Shown here: piece by piece, positions 55,236-64,000 of the stretch
Numbering within the stretch: the stretch's first letter is position 1
How the letters are laid out: each line of letters opens with the position of its first letter
Assembly (NCBI GenBank): GCA_964016885.1
Contig: OZ024742.1
Location: 23,684,001 to 23,748,000 of the forward strand
From: Eledone cirrhosa
Taxonomy: Eukaryota
Length of the DNA: 64,000 nucleotides
Direction: 5' to 3'
The notes under the pieces: model-generated
The model's database searches: none
The model's input: only the letters and a program-made list of their open reading frames with translations
Told to the model about the DNA's origin: nothing
Position numbers and translations under genes: made by a program

Positions 55236-55625
55236 GGATCGACTTTTGTCAGATCCGACCGAGGAAGCAATGTTTCCATGGGTCTTTGCTAATAATATCT
55301 ATCAGTCGCACCTACAGGAAGAAGGAACAACGTGAAATAAAGTGTCTTGCTCAAGGACATAACGCATCGCCCGGTCCTGGAATCGAACTCAGTGAATGAC
55401 GTATGGCTGAGTGGTTAGAGAATTGGATTCACAATCTTGAGGTTGTGAGTTCGATTCCTGGACCGGGCGATGCGTTATGGACTTGAGCAAGACACTTTAT
55501 TGCACGTTGCTCCTTCTACCTGGAGTTGCGACCGATAGATAGGTTGGTGACTATGATAACGATGCAATTGGAAAGACCAACGAAAACATTGTTTCCTCGG
55601 TCCGATTTCACGAAAGTCGATCGAT
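55236..55625. mobile_element. Head-to-head inverted pair of family B SINEs (55236-55390 minus; 55398-55625 plus)
   Basis: gtgtcttgctcaag...cccggtc..ggaatcgaactca versus tgagttcgattcc..gaccggg...cttgagcaagacac. Confidence 0.85.
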
Positions 55626-56397
55626 CCTTTATTCTTATAAACATCGTACTAGTGTGGCATCAATAAAACCAGTTCTTCATACTTTCCCATTCCTCTCATT
55701 CCTGATCCCACTAGTCAAGAAACAGAAACTGTGAGAACCCTTAACTTCTTATATATAATACATTCGTTCCTACATCAATCTCTTTCTCACCTGCAAGTCC
55801 AGTCCCTGCTAATTCCCAGTCGGCTCTGTGCATTGCAGTTCTTTCAAGAAGTGCTTATCTCGACTAACAGCCAAATATACATACAAATAAGGCCACAACC
55901 CGAATATATATATATATATTATTAGAAATGTTAGCTATCGCCGTATTTTGACTAAAGAAAATATAGAAATTATTTAGCCTGATAGTGGGGTTAGGAACCC
56001 TCGGAGAAATGGAAAAAGATAATTATTGACGTACATGTACGTCAATACTCATCTTTTTCCATTTCTAACATTTCTAATAATTTCAAATCCACTCGCTGTT
56101 TCGAAGATATTCTTACTTAATATATATATATATATATATGTGTGTGTGCAACGAAAGAACTTTGATAGACTATATATATGTGTTTGTGTCTATATTGTAT
56201 CTGTATTTTTGACCGTTGGTCAGTCAATGGCAACATTGAAGACCGAATAAATTAAATTAACCGATATAAAAGACACAGAAGCGAAAAGCGAAAACCAACC
56301 AAACAGTGAGTGTGTTCTGTTATTAATTCTGGCAATATTACACAAATATGACCCTCCCCAAGTATAACAATATATATATATATATATATTTATTTAT

Positions 56398-56515
56398 TAA
56401 AATAACAGATTCAAGTTTAAGCAAAGATTCGCTGCTTTCACCCTTAACGGGATCTTCTGAAATTAACTAAGTCAAACTGTAAATGCAGAAGTGAATATTT
56501 CAAAAAATGTTGCAA
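56398..56515. repeat. Dispersed repeat end, inverted copy at about 60552-60655 inside the second Helitron
   Basis: aagtttaagcaaaga(t/a)tcgctgctttcacccttaac and gcagaagt(g/a)aatattt. Confidence 0.7.
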
Positions 56516-56904
56516 CCGGAGGAAGACAGGAAGGCGATACTTTGGTTCGTGGAAACGTTCCCTGGCAAAGAACGGGAAAAAACGAATAAAATACGTCATT
56601 ATTTGGAGCGGTGAAAAACAATTACACGCAAAGACAAAATAAATATTTGCTCTACGGTTCTTATGTATTTGATATATATTTATCCTTATCGAGCCCTCTT
56701 TGGATTTTAGTCTTCAAATTTATTATTTCGGCGGAAGCAGGGTGTGCGTGGCTCTGATGATCACCAAAGAGCGTGAAACAGACTGATAGCTTCTCTCATT
56801 TCTTTCGCCGAAAAGAGGTAAGTGACATAGTCACTACTTTAAAACCGATAGCGTATGGTCTTCAAAATGTTTTAAATTAAACATACGGTATATTGCCAAA
56901 TATA

Positions 56905-56942
<38 letters not shown>

Positions 56943-57139
56943 AATCCTTCTATAGATTTAGAAAAATAACCAATAATATATTCTATAAAAATGTCAAAAC
57001 AACAGATGGGAATCTAATTACTCACTGACAACGAAAATTCTCACTGCTATCAAAAAACCACTCCCTCAACTATTCTTCTAACAACTTCACCCCTCCCTCC
57101 TAATATTCTCTATAAAAACCAAATAGGTCCTCAGTAATA

Positions 57140-57260
57140 TTATTCTGATGAAATGACAGTAAATAATAACATTGAAATATTGAATGTCTGCATAACTAAA
57201 ACTTTGTAGATAGCAGCTGTTTTCAGGTTATGTAACTGTTATAGAAACACGTGTCAATAA
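57140..57260 (+). ncRNA. Type I hammerhead with long stem II (second copy of 37261-37386), within element 56941-57410
   Basis: ttatt-CTGATGA-aatgacagt...actgttata-GAAA-cacgtg-TC-aataa. Confidence 0.8.
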
Positions 57261-57408
57261 ATTCCTTTCAACTAAACTGTATCCATTCAAATCTTTCTAT
57301 TTTTTCTCCGGATTACTTTTGGAACTACAACTGGAACCGTCGAACAAACTCTACGTGAGCTGTCAATCTACTGTGTGTAATATTTATATTACAACACAAC
57401 GGAAAATA

Positions 57409-57459
<51 letters not shown>

Positions 57460-57622
57460 TTGCAAAGTTTTTTATATGAAATCATGGGTCGAAATAAAAG
57501 AACTTTGATAGACTATATATATATATCTTTATTTTTAACCAAACATTTATTGTGTTCTGTTATTATTCCTGGCAATATTATTACAACAATATGACCCTCC
57601 CCAAGTATAACGATATATATAT

Positions 57623-57756
<134 letters not shown>

Positions 57757-57927
57757 ATATATTATTGAGTAAAATGACCTGTTCAGCCTCCTCCTATTTT
57801 ACTCAATAATAATTAACTCTGTTCTCGCAAGACCCACAAGATGGATGGGTTGCATTAGATGGAGTGCTTTTCTTAATATTAGATCCGGTTGACTATACGG
57901 AATGACTAGTCTTCAAATTTATTATTA

Positions 57928-58043
<116 letters not shown>

Positions 58044-60207
58044 AAGAGAGAGAGAGAGAGAGAAACTTTATATTGTTCTATCAGTACACAGAGAGCATTA
58101 ACATTTCCTCATCACTTTTCAAACAATCTTTTCTCTTTAAGATGATAACTATATATATATATTATAAAAAAAATTCTTTATCAGAAACTTTCTGTAATTT
58201 CTACAACAATGATATGAAAAGTATTTGAATATACTTTCACTATCATAATGTATTTTGTAATATCATGGGAAATATGATATATTTCTTAAACAAAACAATA
58301 TCGGAGAAGTATAACTGTACCATGATGCATTATATCACTATTGCTTTAAATTCAGAAGTAAAGGTTATTATTTAATACACATCAAATATTAAGTCACCTG
58401 ATAATAAGGGAACAAACCAAGTTGAAGTATGTGTGCTATGGCCGTCGCCAAAAGTGTTTCGAGTGACCATGCAGTTCTGAGCATATCTCCTACTACTTCT
58501 GCTACTACTTTTTCTACTTCTTCTACTCTATTGCTTCCTCTATTTCTTCTTCGTCCACTTATTCCTGGAAGAGTCGTGGGAGCAGAGTTCCCAAACACTC
58601 CTTCCAGCTGGTCCTGTCAGAAGCTACCGTCTTCAACTGATCCGGCTGGATCCCCAAGCAAGTTATCCAACCATTTTGCCTGGGATCTACCCCTAGAGTT
58701 ATGTCGGTTGGTTTTTGTATACATATAATCTGTGAGCAAATGCACGTGACTTTGTGGGGTTACGGGTGTAATTTAGATTACTGTCCATGGGCTGTGTCCT
58801 TGAGCAAGATTCTATATTTCCTAGTGCTCCGGTTCATTTATCTGAAAGAAAATGAGTTGCACTTGTAATTTAGAAGTCCAGTCTTGCCACACACTGAGAA
58901 CTACATTAAAAGGTACACATGTATGTTGGATGCTTAGCCACTTAGACATTCATTTTTATTGAGCAAGATATTATGTTGTTCGAACAACTGAGACACTCGT
59001 CGTCCAAAACGACGGAGTTCCACTACTTCCTTCCAGATGTCAATATTGAAATAATTTTCAACTCATGGACTGAGGTTTATCTAATTTACAATATTCCAAC
59101 GATTAAGGCCGTGGTTATATAAACATATATATATATATATATATAATATATGTAATTATATATATATAAACATATGTATATGTATATATGTATGCGTGTA
59201 TATGTGTATTTATGTGTGTATGTATGTGTATGTGTGTATGTGTAAGTTCATGCATACATACATACATACATAACTAAGCTGATATGTAGCAATGTTGAAC
59301 GAAAGATATTACACCAAATAATATAACAGAATCTTCGTTACACGCAACTGCTCACCTCTCGACATCTTTATCTCTGCTAAACTCATTCCAAACAGACAGA
59401 TAACCTGCATTTATAAATGGGTAAGGCGAATGTACCAAAATGGTAATTCTCTGTTGCATTAAGTTGAAACAAAAGCAAAAAAAATATTTCTTTATCTAAA
59501 ATATTTCTCCAAATTCTATAAGAATAATATGTAAAATATGGGAATATATTTTTACTATCATATTTTATTTTATGATATCATGGGAAATTTGATATATTTA
59601 TTTAACAAAACAATGTGAGTACATATGTCTGTGGTTTGGTTTATTATTATTGTAAACATGAAGAACAAATTCTTGTGTCGAACACGGTGTGGTATTTTAT
59701 ACAAATCCAGCGTTAAGTCACTTAATGGCACCAATGACTTTTACTCACAAAGCAGTATGAATTGCTAACAAATAGCAAGATACTGCTCAATATTTAAGAT
59801 CTCCATGTATTTGCAAGCAGAAAGAAACGCCCGCTTGGCACAGTATCCTCTGACCGCAGCGGAACATTTAGATGATGCCACAGCTGAGTGGGGAGAAGAC
59901 TGTATTAGCCCTGGCTCAGATTACTTTCGCTGTTTTTTACTCCTAAAGGATGCAAAGCAACTTAAACCTCATGGGGATTTGACCTTTCAGGTCAGACTGC
60001 TGAGAGCGTGAGATATACGCAGTATATCTCACGTTCTAATGGCTCTGGTAATCAAGCACATTGAAACAAAGTGCATATATAACATTAACTAATGAAGTGT
60101 TATTGTTGATTTTATATATAGCGGGGATATCATGCGAATTGAATAGCGAGGGGTTCATTTGGTAGGTTTTTTAACAGCCATAATTCCGTTATAATTATGT
60201 AACGTGA

Positions 60208-61590
60208 TCTATACTATAAAGCTGACGGCAATATGTAGGTAACAAACTTTCCGCCAAACGGCTGGACCAAACAGCACCAAATTTGCACCATACATGTAAC
60301 TTTTTCCAAGTAAAAAAGTGAAGATTATTTCTGTCTACTGAATTTTGTAAAAAGATTAAGACATTATTTAAATATTCACTACTTTAAAATTTAAAATGTC
60401 AACACTTCCGGTTATACGTAATTCCTCAATTTTTCTTATGACGTCGCACAACATTCCCCTCTTTTTATTAGTCTGTCTTTTTAGATAGATTCATAGCTAT
60501 AACGTAGCCTCCTTATAATATGTCTCTGTATGTCTGACTGTCTGCATTAGATAACGTTTTTCGAAATATTTACTTCTGCGTTCACAGACTGATTTTTTTA
60601 GTTAAGGGTGAAAGCAGCGATTCTTTGCTTAAACTTTAATGTTATTTTAATATATATATTCGTGCACAGATATTTTTGCATACACAAAAACAAAAACCTA
60701 TTTATTTCACGAAAGCAGAGACGGCTTATCGTCATTTTACTGTTCGAGGTTAGAGGGCCACAGTCTATCCAAGATCTGAGAACCATCAATGGCCATCAAT
60801 GTTCCACTTACCGTTTGGCTTGCCAGATGCGGGGTATGTTACACAATGACAGCCATTGGCACCTCACCCTGAAAGAAGCAACAACTGCTAAAGTCCCTTC
60901 TAAGCTGCGAAAACATTTTGCTATTATGCTGCACAACTGCGATCTCGCCGACCCTCTCGCAATGTGGAACAACCACCGCGAAAGTCTAGCTGAGGATATC
61001 CTCCACCGCACACGCAGACACAATCCGAACGTAACATACTATGTCATTTTCAATGAGGCGTTCATTTGTCTTGAAAACAGTGTCCTGGAGATTGGTGGTA
61101 GGCCTCTAAGTCACTACAGCTTATCTGCCCTGACAGGAGTGTCCAGAGGTCAACGTCTACAGAGCTTCTCCGTGAGACGAGCTACGGGATCAGTGCTTCT
61201 CCCATGGTCAATTGTATGTAGGATGCTCTAGGGCGAGCTCGCCAAACAATCTCTTCATCTTTGCTCTAACAATGTAATTTAAATATGTACTGTTACTTGT
61301 AATTTCCATTATGGTTGTACAAATTATTGTTTGTTAAAAAATGTGTTCTCTGTTCAGCCTTTATTGTTGTAACTATCAATTTTCTTTAACGTACTGGCTG
61401 CTCAACTGGGGAATCCTAAAAACTGCTCAAACTAAACATCAGAGCACGTTAACCCCCCCCCCCCCCACACACACACACACCTCATTGACTTGTGAGGGCC
61501 TGCGGTATCATTGCACTGGAGTGGAGGGGGATTCCTGAAAAGATAAAATGCCGGTATACCTAGCCGGGCGCCAGCTGGACAGGTCAGGAG
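60208..61590 (+). mobile_element. Non-autonomous or decayed Helitron
   Basis: 5' a|TCtatactataaag, internal RepHel fragment, degenerate 3' hairpin ccgggcgccagctgg...ggagt. Confidence 0.65.
60720..61140 (+). pseudogene. Helitron Rep-helicase linker fragment
   Basis: LLFEVRGPQSIQDLRTING..CSTYRLACQMRGML.ND.HW..TLKEA....P.KLR..FAIML..C..ADP..MW..HRESLAEDILH. Confidence 0.88.
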
Positions 61591-62039
61591 TATAATATAA
61601 AAGTATTTTGTCTTTTCGTTTCTAGGGTATTAAGAGCTGCAAACATTTGTTAATATATTATTCGGTGGAAAGGAGCAGATATTTCTTAATTCCAGATCTT
61701 TATAAACATCTTCAAACACACAGCATGCTTTACATGTAAAGTAATAACTGTACACAAGTTCTTGTTCATGTTTATTTAATAGGATCACAGCAAGACAAAA
61801 AGCGGGGTGTGTGATTGATGCAGGACGGTGAACACCTCGTTAACAAAACTAATCTGAAAGAGGTGCAGCAGCGTCAACGATGACTACGGCTCCTATGACC
61901 AGTATAAAAAAAACCTGTTCTTCATTCATCGATATTAGTGGCATTGTGTCTTGTCATAGTTTGATTTTCTACGTTCTGGTGGTTCGGCTGATCGAACAAC
62001 TGGAGCAGACACTGTAGAAAGCGATGGAACATCCATTGA

Positions 62040-62460
62040 ACTTGAATATGTATGTAACTCCAATCCAATCCAGGGCTTTCTCACTCATGTTGGATGAACC
62101 TTTTCCTGGTTAGCTTCCACCACTTTCTATTTGCTCATATCAGGGGTGCAGTGATACTCCCCGCTTGACCAATTGCGGGTTGGTTAGGCTATCTAACCCA
62201 TAGTTGGGATGGATGGCAAATGGCTCTAATAAAATCATCCATCCATTTAACAGCTCTTACTTTTTATGCTGCTAGGGTTCCATTTACTCTTTTCAACTGA
62301 CTAGGGTCGGGTAAGGGAGACAGTTTAATCGCCGACAACTCACTCGAACGTGAAGAAGGTTGTACTGGGTTAAATGGTACCAGTAGCTGGCAGAAGTCTG
62401 ACCTAACCAGACTAGGGTCTGGTGGGGAAACCGATTTAATCACCGACCACATGAGCATGA
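62040..62460 (-). repeat. Inverted homolog of the 10350-10730 repeat, with an internal ~50-bp duplication (62298-62337 / 62410-62450)
   Basis: gactagggtc...tttaatc(g/a)ccgac occurs twice. Confidence 0.7.
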
Positions 62461-62924
62461 AGCAGTTTGTTCTACGTTACTTGGTACTAGTAGCCAACAG
62501 AAACCTGACCATCAATTGCTTTAACTTGAACATAACCTGAACTTGAATATATCCCAGATTAAATTAAATCCAAACATTAACCAAACCAAACCTAAACTAT
62601 AAACATACACTTGATCCAGGATCACCAGATCATGACCGTTCACGGAAGATTTAAACCCCGCATGTCCTTCTATATCACCCACCTCCCAGCAAAACAACCA
62701 ACGACCTATAACCATTGAATTATGTAGTATCTAGTTGTAAGAAACTCCCGGGAGAGCTGGAGAGTAGAAGATCTGCAAAGAAGAAGCCCCCACACCACAT
62801 GCAAGTATTTCAGCCCTTAACTTCTTACACACCAAGGTGCCGGACAGCATCTAGGTCATGATGTCTGAGTACCCCTTTGCTGAGACCTTTTAACCAGTTA
62901 GATACCGGAGACTTGTGCATTTAA

Positions 62925-63149
62925 CCCTTTAGCATTTACATTACTCTATATTTATTATTATACGTTCATGGTAACTATTTTACCGCACATAATTAATTAT
63001 CTCACATAATATTGAATCTATGAGATTTTCATATTGTTTACTTTGAGAACAATACCTTAACATCAGTATAAGCAGCTAGTTACAGCCAGTTTGAATAGAA
63101 AGAGGTGAAAGAATTCTGGCTGGATATAGCCGGTTTAAATGCTAAAGGG
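62925..63149. mobile_element. piggyBac-type MITE (225 bp)
   Basis: TTAA|ccctttagcattta ... taaatgctaaaggg|TTTAA. 14-bp TIRs starting CCC with a TTAA-type target site. Confidence 0.75.
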
Positions 63150-64000
63150 TTTAAACATATGGAGATTTTGATCCCGCTCGACAAGAACAAGCTGGAATTC
63201 CTCGCCACTATCTCTGCTATCACATTTTAAACTTTAACGCTTTCTTGATAGAAAGATTAACGCTGGGAGTCCTAGTAGCGGTGCAACGGCAAAAGTGTCC
63301 ATACTACTGCCAACACCAATATCGTGACTAACTCGGAGTTATTTCCCTTATCATACGTTAAACAAAATATTTAATCGCTGCGTTTTTAGGGGGGGGGGGG
63401 GGGGGGGGCAAAATAACCTCCTAGCTACAACTGTTCAATAATGTAGCTTCCAAAGAAAAATAATCTGCAGCGACTAGGATCCCATTACGTAATTGGCATG
63501 GGTCTCACGCATAACCATAACCAACACGAGGAACTATAATTAAGGCTAATCCCTTACAAACCTCAATTGCTATATATGTAAATATATATACTGCAATGTA
63601 TGTACCTAGGGACACATATCTATAGGTAAGTATGAATTTATGTATGTATGATTGTATGTATTTATGTATGTATGATTGTATGTATGTATGTGTATTTGAG
63701 AGTTTGTGTGAGTGCTTGCTTGTCCATATATGTATGAGTCTATGTATGTATGTCTGCTTGTATATCTGTGTCTATGTATGTGAGTGTGTCTATGTATGTG
63801 TGCTTGTATGTGTGTATGTATGCATACATGTATGTATCCATCTCCGGGAGAGATGACCCCTTAGCCTTTGTCAAGGCAGAATTCTAGGAGAACGAAAACT
63901 CTGATATAACACCTGCAACCCTGATGGTATCCAATGATGTTGACGTGTTCTTCTTTTTGGTAAATATCATCTTGGTTAAGAGAGTGGGACTGGCTTTCTG

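Noticed and set aside
56750-56792. gct-CTGATGA-tcac..gt-GAAA-cagactg-at-agc hammerhead candidate
   Set aside because: Lacks the UH cleavage dinucleotide and has only a 3-bp stem I. Possibly decayed but not supportable.
58235-59615. ~65-bp AT-rich duplication (58235-58300 versus 59550-59615)
   Set aside because: Short, diverged and low-complexity. No element boundaries could be defined.
59805-60011. 68-aa ORF with ordinary composition
   Set aside because: No recognisable domain or splice context, and its length is compatible with chance.

Overview
AT-rich, microsatellite-saturated, repeat-dominated animal genomic DNA. The SINE types and the (TA)/(CA)/(GA) density suggest a coleoid cephalopod such as octopus (inference). 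No host protein-coding exon is supportable, and almost all ORFs in the track are translations of simple repeats. Recognisable content: a near full-length R4/Dong-type RLE retrotransposon (minus strand, 24.7-28.7 kb) head-to-head with a Tx1/L1-type retrotransposon (plus, 29.1-34.3 kb), both associated with (TTA)n; fragments of RTE, CR1/L2-like, RLE and Neptune-type Penelope (GIY-YIG) elements; two non-autonomous Helitrons; a piggyBac-type MITE; about 20 tRNA-derived SINEs; and a SINE-born 22-bp minisatellite. The most striking signal is a population of small non-coding elements lodged in (TA)n arrays that carry hammerhead ribozymes (HHRs) and have direct or inverted terminal duplications (retrozyme or non-autonomous Penelope-like). 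One family carries a hammerhead whose three core strands are in a non-circularly permuted, pseudoknotted order, supported by compensatory covariation between two diverged members (40.4/41.0 kb versus 41.6 kb). All RNA structures were paired by eye, not computed.
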